Virus record (IMG/VR): IMGVR_UViG_3300016265_001297
Span: 11,864-75,863 of that record
Strand: one strand, 5' to 3'
DNA: 64,000 nt
Source: a virus
Taxonomy: Duplodnaviria; Caudoviricetes
Positions 53,238 to 63,492 of this stretch are shown here, piece by piece (positions within the stretch are counted from its first letter, which is position 1; every line of letters begins with the position of its first letter). The position numbers and the translations under genes are program-made. The notes below the pieces were generated by a model. The model ran no database searches. It saw only the letters and a list, made by a program, of their open reading frames with translations, and had not been told where the DNA came from.

Positions 53238-54307
53238 TGTCTAATTGGAAATTTTTCTTAGCAAATTCTAATGACCTAAGCCTTGAAAAAGACATAACTT
53301 TTGAGGCTAGAGGAAAGCAGCTTAATTTAAGTCACAATAGGTCTGGCAATTTAAGTTTTAATCTTCCTTTAAACGGAGATAACTATGATAATACATTTAC
53401 AAATAAAAAATGTGTTATCGCTTTAAAAAATAAAAATATCGTTTGGTCAGGGCCGATTTGGACTAGGAATCTTGATCTAAATGCAGACAAGATAGAAATA
53501 AGCGCTGTAGGCTGGTTTGAAATCCTTATGTATAGGCATTTTTATGCCGAAAAAACTTTTACAAATATAAAAGATACAACAATTGCTTTTGACCTTTTAA
53601 ACACTGCTAACGCCGACATTCCTACTTGGATTACCGCAGGCTCAAGTGCATCAAATGTAAACAGAACAATAACTTATAATGTTTGGCAAAGTATTGGTGA
53701 AGAAATTCTTGCTCTTTCTGATATGGAATCTGGATTTGATCTAGAAGTTGACCCTGAAACTAGACAGCTTAATTTAAAACCATATAATCAGTTTGCCGAC
53801 AGGACTAATGTTCCTTTTGGTTACAACTGGGGTCCAAATAATATTTCTAACATTGTTATTGCAGAAAATGGTGGAGAAATGAGAAACAGAGTAAGTGTTG
53901 TAGGTTCTAACAATATGGTTAAAAATTACCCTTATCCTCCGGTAAGTTCTGCAAGTTCTTCTGTTAGTCAAAGCCAAACAGATAATAACTTGTTAGCTGA
54001 AATTATAGAAATGACAGAAGTTTCTGATGAAAATGTTTTAAATGCTATAGCAGAAAGCGAGGGAGGAATAAAAGAATACCCTCAAGTAAACTATGAAATT
54101 ACATTAAAGCCTCAAGGCCCGTCTAATCCTTATGATTTTTTTGAAGATTATGGGCTTGGCGACAAAATATACTTTACGGCTCAAAAATCTGTAGAAGGAA
54201 AAAACATAGTTATTGAAAAAGCTGTTAGAATCTTTGGTGCTTCTATCTCTATTGACGAAAATGGAAAAGAAGTTGTTAGCTCACTACAAACTACTTTTTC
54301 TGGATAA
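53237..54307 (+). CDS. Baseplate hub/Tal-like (Gp37-like) minor tail protein
   Basis: After Dit; IVWSGPIW, GFDLEVDP, DYGLGDKI. Confidence 0.75.
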   Translation: MSNWKFFLANSNDLSLEKDITFEARGKQLNLSHNRSGNLSFNLPLNGDNYDNTFTNKKCVIALKNKNIVWSGPIWTRNLDLNADKIEISAVGWFEILMYRHFYAEKTFTNIKDTTIAFDLLNTANADIPTWITAGSSASNVNRTITYNVWQSIGEEILALSDMESGFDLEVDPETRQLNLKPYNQFADRTNVPFGYNWGPNNISNIVIAENGGEMRNRVSVVGSNNMVKNYPYPPVSSASSSVSQSQTDNNLLAEIIEMTEVSDENVLNAIAESEGGIKEYPQVNYEITLKPQGPSNPYDFFEDYGLGDKIYFTAQKSVEGKNIVIEKAVRIFGASISIDENGKEVVSSLQTTFSG

Positions 54308-55956
54308 TGGCTAATTTACCAAGAAATCAAACTTTAACTAGTCTTTTAAAAAAGCAAGAACAAGATATTGCTGAATTAAAGCGTGGTCTTTTAAGAAGTG
54401 TATCTGGCACAGTAGGGCCAGCGGGTCCGGCAGGGCCGCAGGGTCCGGCAGGAGCCACGGGAGCAACTGGCGCTCAAGGTCCAGCAGGCCCATCAGGTGT
54501 TCAGGGTCCAGCAGGCCCATCAGGAAGTCAGGGTCCAGCAGGTCCACAAGGAGCAAGCGGAATAGGAGTTCCATCTAGCGGTTTAGAAGGTCAGATTTTA
54601 TCAAAAGCTAGTGATGCTGACTATGATTTTACTTGGATTGATAACTATGCTAGTGAATTAAGAGAAATTTGCAAAAATGATTCTGGTGTGCAGATTAATA
54701 AAGGCGAAGCTGTTATGGCTGTTGATGCAGTCGGTGACAGAATTAGAATTGCTAAAGCAGTCTCAGATGGCTCAGTTGATGCAAAATACTTTTTAGGAGT
54801 AGCGTCAGAAAACATAGCGAATGGAGCAGAAGGATATGTAACTCTTGTTGGCCCTTTAAAGGGTCTTAATACTTCTGCTTTTCCTTTAGGAACAGTTTTA
54901 TATATTGACCCTAATAATGCTGGTCAATTAACTAGCGCTACTCCAGTTGTTCCTGATATTGATTTGTCAATTGCTATTGTTACAAACTCTCATGCCTCTA
55001 ATGGAAGAATTTTTGTTCGTATGTGGTCGCAAGGACAAAAAGTTAGTGAGTTATATGATGTTAAATTAAGTTCTGTTCAAAACAATGATGTTTTAGTTTG
55101 GGATACAGCTAATTCTTATTGGAAAAATGTTCCTGCAACATTTGGCTCAAGCGGAGGGGCAAGCGTAACAGTATCAAGTGGTCCTCCTACAATATCAAGT
55201 TCTGGTGACTTGTGGTTCGACAGCGATAATGCAAATCTATATGTTTATTACGATAACTTTTGGGTTAATCCTGCGTCAATTGGCGCTGGAATTAAAACTT
55301 CTTCTGCTTCAACAATTACAGGCACAAATACAGAAGGTACATCTAATAACTTAGCAAGAGCAGATCATAATCATGCTTATGGGACAAAATCAATTCCTCA
55401 ATCAGCATTAGCTCTAGGCCCAACATATGAAACTGCTTTGCCTTCTGGCGCTGTTGACGGCCAAGAAATATATTACGCGGCTAGTTCTGCTTCTTCAGTT
55501 ATTTGGCATCTTAGGTACAGGTCTGCTGCAAGAAATAGTTCTGGAGCTTGGGAATATCTTGGAGGAAATTCATTAATGGACGGTCCTAAAGGAGAATTAT
55601 TAACTGCTTCTACAACCTATGTTGGCTTAACAAATGGGCCTAGCATAACAGTTCCAAGACAGGGAGCATATAGAATAACTCTTGGTTTAAAAATGAATTA
55701 TGAAAGGATTGGAGCAGATCAAAGTTTTGCTGGACAAGGTAATTCTTTTGGAATAAGTGTTAACAACGCAGACCCAGAGCTTTTTTCAACTCATGTATTT
55801 ATAGACAATTATGAATCTGAAAATATTTCAATAACAAAAGAGATTATTTATTCAACATCTAATTCTTTAACTATTAAATTTAAGAATGATCAGGCTAGTG
55901 AAGAGGTTAGATATAAAGAAGGCGTAATTCAGATTACTCCAGTTTATATTTACTAG
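54307..55956 (+). CDS. Collagen-repeat tail fibre
   Basis: GXY run near 54410-54560; C-terminal modules shared with the 35948 and 36682 ORFs. Confidence 0.8.
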   Translation: MANLPRNQTLTSLLKKQEQDIAELKRGLLRSVSGTVGPAGPAGPQGPAGATGATGAQGPAGPSGVQGPAGPSGSQGPAGPQGASGIGVPSSGLEGQILSKASDADYDFTWIDNYASELREICKNDSGVQINKGEAVMAVDAVGDRIRIAKAVSDGSVDAKYFLGVASENIANGAEGYVTLVGPLKGLNTSAFPLGTVLYIDPNNAGQLTSATPVVPDIDLSIAIVTNSHASNGRIFVRMWSQGQKVSELYDVKLSSVQNNDVLVWDTANSYWKNVPATFGSSGGASVTVSSGPPTISSSGDLWFDSDNANLYVYYDNFWVNPASIGAGIKTSSASTITGTNTEGTSNNLARADHNHAYGTKSIPQSALALGPTYETALPSGAVDGQEIYYAASSASSVIWHLRYRSAARNSSGAWEYLGGNSLMDGPKGELLTASTTYVGLTNGPSITVPRQGAYRITLGLKMNYERIGADQSFAGQGNSFGISVNNADPELFSTHVFIDNYESENISITKEIIYSTSNSLTIKFKNDQASEEVRYKEGVIQITPVYIY

Positions 55957-55992
55957 CCCAAATTATTTTTAAGGCTGCTAAACTGTCAGTCT

Positions 55993-57399
55993 ATGATAAG
56001 GATAGAGGTTTCCAACGATATAAAGATTTATGATCTTCCCGAAGAATGGGAAGAAAGCCTTGCTGCTTTAGTATCTATTCCTAACGAGGCAAAGCGTCGT
56101 GCTATTAAAGAACATGTCTATGGGGCAAAAAATATGCCAGATAGACTAACTGCATTAGAAAAAGAAGATTCTGCTTTAATCGCTCCTAGAGGATTTAAAA
56201 ATCAATTAGTTAGCAGGCTTAAAAAAGCAAATCAAAAGTTTATTATTGATGATAAATCTGTTGATGATAACTGCTTAATTGATTTTAATAAAAGTATTAA
56301 TTTAAGAGCTTTACAAACAAAAGCTTATGAACAAATTTTAGAAAACCAACAAGGCTTAGTTATGGCCTCTCCCGGCTTTGGAAAAACTACTGTTGGACTT
56401 TACACAATTTGTTCTTTACAAAAAAAGTCAATAATACTTATTGATAAAACAGAATTAGCAAAGCAGTGGATTGATAGGGCTTCCGAACAGTTTGATTTAT
56501 CTCTCGGGCTTATTGGCGACAATGAATGGGAAGAAAAAGACATAACAGTTGCCACTTTACAAACTTTAAGATCAAAAGAAGAAGAGCTTGATAAAAACAA
56601 TTTTTGGGATAAATGGTCAGTTGTTTTTTATGATGAAAGTCATCACGCTAGCTCAGAAACATATTATAAAATTATTAACAAATTTCCTGCAAAATATAGA
56701 ATAGGACTTTCTGCAACTAAAGGTAAGACACCGGCTAAAGAAAAAATTTCTGAGCTTATCTTTGGAGAAGTGATATTCGAAGATAAAACTAACAATCTTA
56801 AACCAAACATTGTTAAGGTGCCTACTGATTTTTATTTTGAGTATCAGCCGACTTCAAAGATAGGAAATAAGGTAATCAGAAATAATTACCAAAAACTTAT
56901 TTCTTCTTTAATTGAAGACTCAGAAAGAAATAATTTAATAGCTAAACTTATTTGTAAAGACCCTAACTCTGCTCATTTAATTATTTCTAGGAGACTAAAG
57001 CACCTAGAAGACATACAGAACTCTGTAATAGCGGCTGGTTTCGATTCTAAGCGATGTTTTATGTTAACTGGTAAAGAACCATCTGATGAAAGATTGCGAA
57101 TAGCTAAACTAGCTGACAAAGGCTCTATTGCAATATTTTCTACTGTAGCTGATGAAGGACTTGACATTCCACGGCTTGACAGAATACATCTTGTCTTCCC
57201 ATCAAAAAATCATGAAACAATTAGGCAGCAAGTAGGGCGTGGCCTAAGAAATCACGATGCTAAACAAGAAACTATTGTTTACGACTATGTTGATATTAAA
57301 ATTGGGGTGTCTAAAAATCAGTGGCGAAACAGAATGAATAAATACTACAAACCAAATGATTTTCCAATATCTACTTACAAGCTAGAAACTAATATCTAA
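55993..57399 (+). CDS. SF2 DEAD/DEAH-box helicase
   Basis: ASPGFGKT, DESHH, GLSAT, EGLDIP, QQVGRGLR. Confidence 0.9.
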   Translation: MIRIEVSNDIKIYDLPEEWEESLAALVSIPNEAKRRAIKEHVYGAKNMPDRLTALEKEDSALIAPRGFKNQLVSRLKKANQKFIIDDKSVDDNCLIDFNKSINLRALQTKAYEQILENQQGLVMASPGFGKTTVGLYTICSLQKKSIILIDKTELAKQWIDRASEQFDLSLGLIGDNEWEEKDITVATLQTLRSKEEELDKNNFWDKWSVVFYDESHHASSETYYKIINKFPAKYRIGLSATKGKTPAKEKISELIFGEVIFEDKTNNLKPNIVKVPTDFYFEYQPTSKIGNKVIRNNYQKLISSLIEDSERNNLIAKLICKDPNSAHLIISRRLKHLEDIQNSVIAAGFDSKRCFMLTGKEPSDERLRIAKLADKGSIAIFSTVADEGLDIPRLDRIHLVFPSKNHETIRQQVGRGLRNHDAKQETIVYDYVDIKIGVSKNQWRNRMNKYYKPNDFPISTYKLETNI

Positions 57400-57422
57400 T
57401 CATTAGCTCAAAAGCTAATATA

Positions 57423-57442
57423 AAAAATATAGCTATCGCTAT
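57423..57442 (-). terminator. Terminator hairpin after tRNA-Leu, at the convergence with the helicase
   Basis: TATAGC-GATA-GCTATA followed by T-run on the - strand. Confidence 0.55.
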
Positions 57443-57468
57443 ACCTAATATTACTTCTTTCATTTGAG

Positions 57469-57553
57469 TAGCGAGAGCGGGATTTGAACCCGCAAGCCCT
57501 GAGTGGGCGGCAGATTTTGAGTCTGCTGCGTTTGCCAATTTCGCCATCTCGCC
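57469..57553 (-). tRNA. tRNA-Leu(CAA)
   Basis: GGCGAGA/TCTCGCT acceptor, CT-CAA-AA loop, long variable arm, GGTTCAAATCC. Confidence 0.92.
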
Positions 57554-57640
57554 AAGACCATTATACAAAAAATGAAACTACAATAGCAAGCAAGATTGTA
57601 GCAAACAGAAGCGTCATTGGGAACCAATCTTTTTCTAACA

Positions 57641-58726
57641 TTATAAAGTCTCTACCTTTGAGTTTTCGCCCAAAACAAAACTTAGTGTTTTTGGTGGCCT
57701 ATTCTTTTTATAAATTTTAACTTTTTTGCCTATAAGACTTGCTTCGATTCTGTCTTGTATATTTTCAATTGAAGAGCCTGCTAGAACAATAGAGTATTCT
57801 ATCTCACTATTTTTAATAAGAACATTTTTATCAATAGCGGTATTAGGCCCGACATATGAATCAATTATAGTTGAATTTTTTCCAATAATTGCTGGACCGC
57901 GAATTGTCGAATTAACTATCTTTGCTCCGTCCTCAATTATAACATTGCCATCAACTTTTGAGTCAATTATTTCTCCAATAATGTTTCTTTTTGCAGAATC
58001 TAAAACTAGCCTGTTGGCTTGCAGCATTTCTTCTACACTTCCTGTGTCTTTCCACCATCCGTCAACAATTTTATATTCTACATTTAAATTATCTTTTATC
58101 ATAGTCTGAATAGCTTCTGTTATTTCAAGCTCGCCACGCTTAGAAGGCACAAGAGAGTTAGCTGCAGCAAAAATTTTATTAGTAAAAATATATACTCCAA
58201 CTAGGGCTAAATTTGATTTCGGCTCCGCTGGTTTTTCTTCAAGGCTTTTAATATTATTCCCGTCTAATTCTGCAATCCCATATGATGATGGGTCTTCTAC
58301 TTCTGTCAATAAAATTATTGAATCTGCTTTTGACTCGTTAATAAAATAACTAACTAAATCAGTTATTCCATCGCGGAGAATATTGTCTCCAAGATACATA
58401 ACAAAATCAGAATTTCCAATAAAATCTCTAGCGGTTAAAACTGCATGAGCTAAACCTTTTGGCTGCTGTTGTAGAATGTAAGTTACTTCTGCCCCAAACT
58501 CGCTTCCATTTCCTACACTCTCTTTAATTTCTTCTCCTGTATTTGGAGCAATGATTATGCCTATTTCTGTTATGCCTGCTTCGACTAAAGCCTCTATTCC
58601 ATAATTAATTACCGGTTTATTGGCTACTGGAACTAGTTGCTTTGCAGATGTATGTGTTAAAGGCCTTAGCCTTGTGCCTGCTCCGCCAGAAAGAATTAGT
58701 CCCTTAATGTTTGTATTGTCTTCCAT
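57641..58726 (-). CDS. rmlA: Glucose-1-phosphate thymidylyltransferase (long form)
   Basis: GGAGTRLRPLT...KQLVPVANKP, QQPKGLAHA, GDN, EKP, RGELEIT, WWKDTG. Confidence 0.92.
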   Translation of the reverse strand: MEDNTNIKGLILSGGAGTRLRPLTHTSAKQLVPVANKPVINYGIEALVEAGITEIGIIIAPNTGEEIKESVGNGSEFGAEVTYILQQQPKGLAHAVLTARDFIGNSDFVMYLGDNILRDGITDLVSYFINESKADSIILLTEVEDPSSYGIAELDGNNIKSLEEKPAEPKSNLALVGVYIFTNKIFAAANSLVPSKRGELEITEAIQTMIKDNLNVEYKIVDGWWKDTGSVEEMLQANRLVLDSAKRNIIGEIIDSKVDGNVIIEDGAKIVNSTIRGPAIIGKNSTIIDSYVGPNTAIDKNVLIKNSEIEYSIVLAGSSIENIQDRIEASLIGKKVKIYKKNRPPKTLSFVLGENSKVETL

Positions 58727-59675
58727 AATATTCAAAATATTCTTCGTTTAAAAGTTTTTGCCACCAATCTTTATTTTGTGCATACCAGTCAACAGTAATA
58801 TCTATTCCATGTGCAAACTGATATTTTGGTTGCCATCCAAGCTCCATTATTTTATCAGAATTTAACGAATATCTTGTATCGTGACCAAGCCTGTCTTGCA
58901 CAAAAGTTATTAGGCTTCTTGGTTTGTCTAAAATATCTAAGATAGCCTCAATAACTTCTATGTTGCACAATTCTTCTGGACCGCCTGCATTATAAACTTC
59001 TCCTGCTTTTCCATAACTCAAAGCAGTGTCAATCGCAGCGCAAAAATCTTCAACATAAATCCAGTTTCTAACCTGATTTCCTTTTCCGTAAACTGGTATT
59101 GGTCTATCGCTTAGTGCGTTAATTGTTGTTAAAGGAATTAATTTTTCTGGATATTGATTTGGGCCATAATTATTTGAGCCTCTAATTATTAAAGAATCAA
59201 GCCCATAAGTTTTATAATAAGAATAAACAAGCATATCTCCGCCAGTTTTAGAAGCAGAATATGGAGAAGAAGGCTGAATGGGGGATTGTTCAGTGAATGA
59301 ACCTTCATCAATTGAACCATAAACTTCATCAGTAGATATTTGCAAGTATCTTATGTTTCGTTCTTTTGCTATCTCCAATAGCTTAAATGTTCCTAACACA
59401 TCTGTTTTAATAAACTGTTCAGGTTCAGTAATTGATCTATCAACATGTGTTTCTGCTGCAAAGTTGACTATTGCATCAAAATCAATACCCCTTAAGCTTG
59501 TGTCACAAATATCTCCCAAGATAAAGTTTACCCTTTTATCTTCTGGAAGATTTTCTAAGTTTCCAGCGTAAGTCAGCTTATCCAGAACAATAATCTTTTC
59601 GTCTGAATTAGCTAACTTATACTTTATAAAATTTGAGCCTATAAACCCGGCTGCACCAGTTACTAGTAAAGCCAT
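58704..59675 (-). CDS. rmlB: dTDP-glucose 4,6-dehydratase
   Basis: GAAGFIGS, DKLTYAGN, AAETHVDRS, STDEVYG, YSASK, NNYGP.QYPEK. Confidence 0.93.
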   Translation of the reverse strand: MALLVTGAAGFIGSNFIKYKLANSDEKIIVLDKLTYAGNLENLPEDKRVNFILGDICDTSLRGIDFDAIVNFAAETHVDRSITEPEQFIKTDVLGTFKLLEIAKERNIRYLQISTDEVYGSIDEGSFTEQSPIQPSSPYSASKTGGDMLVYSYYKTYGLDSLIIRGSNNYGPNQYPEKLIPLTTINALSDRPIPVYGKGNQVRNWIYVEDFCAAIDTALSYGKAGEVYNAGGPEELCNIEVIEAILDILDKPRSLITFVQDRLGHDTRYSLNSDKIMELGWQPKYQFAHGIDITVDWYAQNKDWWQKLLNEEYFEYYGRQYKH

Positions 59676-59701
59676 ATTCCCCTTCTTTGTTTTGTTCTAT
59701 A

Positions 59702-61372
59702 TTATACTCCGCAAACACCGCCTACGCAAGTGTCTTCTTCGCTTTCGTAAACTACCCCCTCATGATTTGCTGCTAGGTCATAAGGGACCGGCTCTAGAGG
59801 CTGCCCTCCCCTTGCTCCGTTTGGATAACAAGTTACACCGCGTAGATTAGGTAGGTAATTATATAGCATCTGCTTAAAATCTTCAACTTCTTCTTCATGA
59901 GTAATAGGATAAGGAAGATTAATTGTTGAAGAAATCGCATGATCAACATACTGCTGAACAAAAGCCTGAAACTCTACTCTTTTTTCAACATTATATGCTA
60001 AAGAATATGCATCTTCAATAAGGTCAGGGTCAACTCCATGTTGCTCCACTAACCTTTTAGCAGTTGGGTCAACAACATATTCATATTTCCAATTCTTTCC
60101 GTCTGAAAGATACCGGCGCTTATATGCTGCACAGAACATTGGCTCAATTCCTGTTGTTGTTTCTGCAATAATTCCTATTGTTCCAGTCGGGGCAATGGCC
60201 CTAGTTTTAACTGGCCTAGAAAGCTCATGCTTGTCTGCCCAATGATTAGCTGACTCGCCACTCTTTGCGTATTCTTTTAGCCAATCTTCTAATTCTTCAT
60301 TAGGCCCATATGTGTAACCTTTCTTTAGAAGCCATTCATGGATTCCCATTAGGCCGAGTCCTAACCTTCTATTCTTTTTTCTTACTTCATAAACTTTGTC
60401 ATAAGGAAGCTGTGAATAAACAGTTCCTGCTAAAAGAAATAAAGTAGAATAATGAACAACTTCTTTAAACTCTTCAATGCTATCTATTTTTGACATATTG
60501 ATTGAGCCTAGATTGCAAATGTCTGAATCGTCTGCTGATGTAATTTCGCAACAAGCATTTCTAGCTGTTTCTCCAGCATTTTCTCCAGTATCAATTGAGA
60601 ATCCCGGCTCTGCTGTCTTCAGCATTCTTTTGTTTGTTTCGTTATAAACTTCATGAGCATGTTCATGAAGAGAATGAGAATCATTTTCAAATGCTTCAAA
60701 AAATTCATCGTCTAAAATAACACTGATGTTGGTCATGTCTAAAGTTGCTGGAAAGTTAAAATCTTTTTCTTTTAAATCTCTTACTTCTTGTGACCAATTT
60801 TTAGCGTTAATAAAATCAAAAATGTCATTATGCTTCCAGTTTAGTCCTGCCCAAATAGCTGACCTTCTACTTCCACCTTGCATAATGTGGCGGCCACACT
60901 CATTAACCATTTCCATTAGGCTAATCGGGCCGCTTGCAATTCCTCCAGTTTTTGTTATGACTGAGCCTGAACACCTAACTGCTGAATAATCTACTCCAAT
61001 ACCAGCACCAGTCATTAGTGCCATAGAAGCATTACTTAAAAGCTCTGACCATCCCTCTCTTGAGTCTTCTGCCTTTAAAAGCAAACAATTCTGTGTCTGA
61101 TGAAATTCTCTTCCAGAAGCGTATAGATACCTTCCTCCGGGCAAAAACTTCATTTCAGAAATTAAAGCTAAAATCTTATCGTATTCTTTGTCGCCTTCAC
61201 TATATCCTAAAGCGCCTAGAACATTTGATACAACTCTTTCTGCTGTATCTTCCCAATCTTCAATTACTTCGCCATCTTTATTTTTAAAGGCATACTTAGC
61301 CTCATAGATTCCTCTTGCGAAAGGACTAAAGTTTCCTCCCGACTTAACAGGTTTTTCGTCAACACCTTTCAT
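59702..61372 (-). CDS. nrdJ: Class II (B12-dependent) ribonucleotide reductase
   Basis: PGGRYL, NCLLL, GG.RRSA, NACCEI, CNLGSIN, IAPTGT, ISSTIN, GVTCYP; no beta subunit adjacent. Confidence 0.85.
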   Translation of the reverse strand: MKGVDEKPVKSGGNFSPFARGIYEAKYAFKNKDGEVIEDWEDTAERVVSNVLGALGYSEGDKEYDKILALISEMKFLPGGRYLYASGREFHQTQNCLLLKAEDSREGWSELLSNASMALMTGAGIGVDYSAVRCSGSVITKTGGIASGPISLMEMVNECGRHIMQGGSRRSAIWAGLNWKHNDIFDFINAKNWSQEVRDLKEKDFNFPATLDMTNISVILDDEFFEAFENDSHSLHEHAHEVYNETNKRMLKTAEPGFSIDTGENAGETARNACCEITSADDSDICNLGSINMSKIDSIEEFKEVVHYSTLFLLAGTVYSQLPYDKVYEVRKKNRRLGLGLMGIHEWLLKKGYTYGPNEELEDWLKEYAKSGESANHWADKHELSRPVKTRAIAPTGTIGIIAETTTGIEPMFCAAYKRRYLSDGKNWKYEYVVDPTAKRLVEQHGVDPDLIEDAYSLAYNVEKRVEFQAFVQQYVDHAISSTINLPYPITHEEEVEDFKQMLYNYLPNLRGVTCYPNGARGGQPLEPVPYDLAANHEGVVYESEEDTCVGGVCGV

Positions 61373-61474
61373 AATGCTCCTTTTAGAAAATTAAAATTAA
61401 GTTGTTTCTACATCTTATCAAAAGATGCTGAGGCGTTTCTATGGTAGCCTTGTGTTAAATCTAGTAAAAATTCG

Positions 61475-62515
61475 CTAAATGCGATCAAAAACTTCCGCCC
61501 AATGCAAACACTTAGTTTCCATATTTCTGTTCTCAACAACATAAGCTTTTGCGGCGGAGCTAATTTTTTCTCTCCTTTCTTTTCCTTCTTTTTCGTCTGC
61601 TAAATAAAGAATCTTCTCAAAATAGTCTTGCTCTGTTTCTGCATAAAAGCCTGTTTCTCCATCTTCTATTTCATGATAAATTCTCTTGTCGCCAATAACT
61701 GGCACATTTGAAGCAGAAGCTTCTAGCCATCTTAAATCTGATTTAGATAAATGATATTTGCTTTCGTGTCCCGGCGCTAAAGATATGTCAAAGTTTCCAA
61801 TCACAAATGGATAATTTTCTAGCGATACCCACGGAATAGCAACTACTCTGTCTGGATGAAACTGTCCAACCGCTTGAGCATAATTATAACTAGTTGTGTA
61901 AAAAAGTATGTTGTCATTGCATTCCATAGCAGCATTTAATCCCTTTAGCGCTTCAAGAATTGAATGGTCGTGTCCTGTTCCCCCTGACCAACCGACTACA
62001 ACTTTTCCATTATGTTCCGGCTTTAGTGTTTCATACCTCCAAACATCAAGCTGATTTTTGCACACAAATTGATTTTCATTATATTTTTTATATTGATTAG
62101 AAAGGAAATCAGTTGAACAAATCATTCCGTCACAAAGGTTCATTACTCGCTGAAATCCTTTAATGGCTTTCTTATGAAAACCTTTTGCGTTAGAATGATT
62201 TTTTACTTTCCTAACTCCATGAAGAAAATCATCAACCTCAAATATAAACTTCTTACCTTTCTTCTGATTTTCTTTTATGAACTTCTCCCAATTTTCTCCG
62301 TTAGCAAGCTCTATAACAAAAATGTCGTACTTGTCAATATCAATATCGTTAGGGGTTTCTATGTTTCCGCCCAGAACGGCTCCTTCTCCGGGAGGTCCAT
62401 TTACTATTCCTATCCAGTCTTGGTTAAGATAGTTTGCAGGCAAAGCACATCTGTACCAAGCCTGTGCCGATACTCCTAAGCCGCAGAATAATACTTTTTT
62501 CTCAAGATTTGTCAA
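61475..62515 (-). CDS. Glycosyltransferase (GT-B, GT4-like)
   Basis: WYRCALP, FEVDD, ICSTDFL, VGWSG, SDLRWLEASA...PVI. Confidence 0.8.
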   Translation of the reverse strand: MTNLEKKVLFCGLGVSAQAWYRCALPANYLNQDWIGIVNGPPGEGAVLGGNIETPNDIDIDKYDIFVIELANGENWEKFIKENQKKGKKFIFEVDDFLHGVRKVKNHSNAKGFHKKAIKGFQRVMNLCDGMICSTDFLSNQYKKYNENQFVCKNQLDVWRYETLKPEHNGKVVVGWSGGTGHDHSILEALKGLNAAMECNDNILFYTTSYNYAQAVGQFHPDRVVAIPWVSLENYPFVIGNFDISLAPGHESKYHLSKSDLRWLEASASNVPVIGDKRIYHEIEDGETGFYAETEQDYFEKILYLADEKEGKERREKISSAAKAYVVENRNMETKCLHWAEVFDRI

Positions 62516-62696
62516 TCTTAATTGCCTTGTACATTGAACTGTTAAAAGGAATAAACAGATTCTTATGCGCCCAATGCATATCTTCTGTTTTCCATTCTAC
62601 CCAAACTCCCTCTGCCGGAGCAGAAGCAACTTTTCCTTTGTATTCTTTTTTGCCATCACTATAAGTTACTTCTTGCCCTTGCTCAAATCTATTCAT
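62502..62696 (-). CDS. Small SH3-like hypothetical protein
   Basis: FEQGQEVTY..GKV pattern, overlapping neighbours. Confidence 0.55.
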   Translation of the reverse strand: MNRFEQGQEVTYSDGKKEYKGKVASAPAEGVWVEWKTEDMHWAHKNLFIPFNSSMYKAIKIDKS

Positions 62697-63492
62697 CTTC
62701 TTTCACCAACCTTTCAAACATTGTAGGTGCTACGCCATCGAACGCAACATCTTTATACTTTTTAACAAAATCAAAATATGATTGATTCTGCTCGTAAATA
62801 TTTACTGTTCCTCTAATCACTGATTCGTGATGTATTGCTTTTACATTTGAATTGTAAAGACATTTTCTGCCAGAAAAAATAACCCTTAAACAATAATCAA
62901 CATCTTCATATCCTAAAAAGAATCTTTCGTCATATAACCCCACTTGATGTAGGCACTCATTTGAAATAAATTGTAGCGCTCCTGTAACTGGACAAAAGAA
63001 TAGTCTGTTAGCTTCTGGCTGATTTTCTACGCACCCTTTAAATCTATGATCAAAACTTCTTGTTATCTGAGAAAAATAAATACCGGCATGCTGAATAATT
63101 CTATTTGGGTAAAGCAACAAAGCGCCAACAACACTTTCTCCTGCGGCCTCCATTAGATCAACCCAATTCGTTTCAATAAATTCTATATCTTGGTTAACTA
63201 AAATTGCATTTTGATTTTGTTCTAGCGCTAGCTTTAAACCTTTATTTACAGACTTTGAAAAGCCTAGATTTTCTTCATTTTTAATATATTTAGCACTATG
63301 CTTATTTGCCAAAAGCTCTGCCCAATCATGCCCATCATCTACTCCGGGCGAACAGTCATCAACAATAACTATTGGCTGTCCTTTTTCAGTAGTTTTTCTA
63401 ATGCTATTCAAGCAAGTTTCAAGCAAATCAATATGCTCTTTCTTAGAAATATAAGTAGGTATTACAATTAAATTATTCAATATCTTTCCCAA
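62689..63492 (-). CDS. Glycosyltransferase family 2
   Basis: IVIPTY, IVDDCS, NLGFSK.VN.G, LVNQD, GYEDVDYCLR. Confidence 0.88.
   Translation of the reverse strand: MGKILNNLIVIPTYISKKEHIDLLETCLNSIRKTTEKGQPIVIVDDCSPGVDDGHDWAELLANKHSAKYIKNEENLGFSKSVNKGLKLALEQNQNAILVNQDIEFIETNWVDLMEAAGESVVGALLLYPNRIIQHAGIYFSQITRSFDHRFKGCVENQPEANRLFFCPVTGALQFISNECLHQVGLYDERFFLGYEDVDYCLRVIFSGRKCLYNSNVKAIHHESVIRGTVNIYEQNQSYFDFVKKYKDVAFDGVAPTMFERLVKEDE

Noticed and set aside
54410-54560. GGTCCAGCAGGCCCATCAGG-type DNA repeats
   Set aside because: Explained by the collagen GXY coding repeat.
36120-55570. Fibre paralog blocks as DGR template/variable repeats
   Set aside because: Differences are mostly synonymous at all bases rather than adenine-specific, and no reverse transcriptase is in the window.
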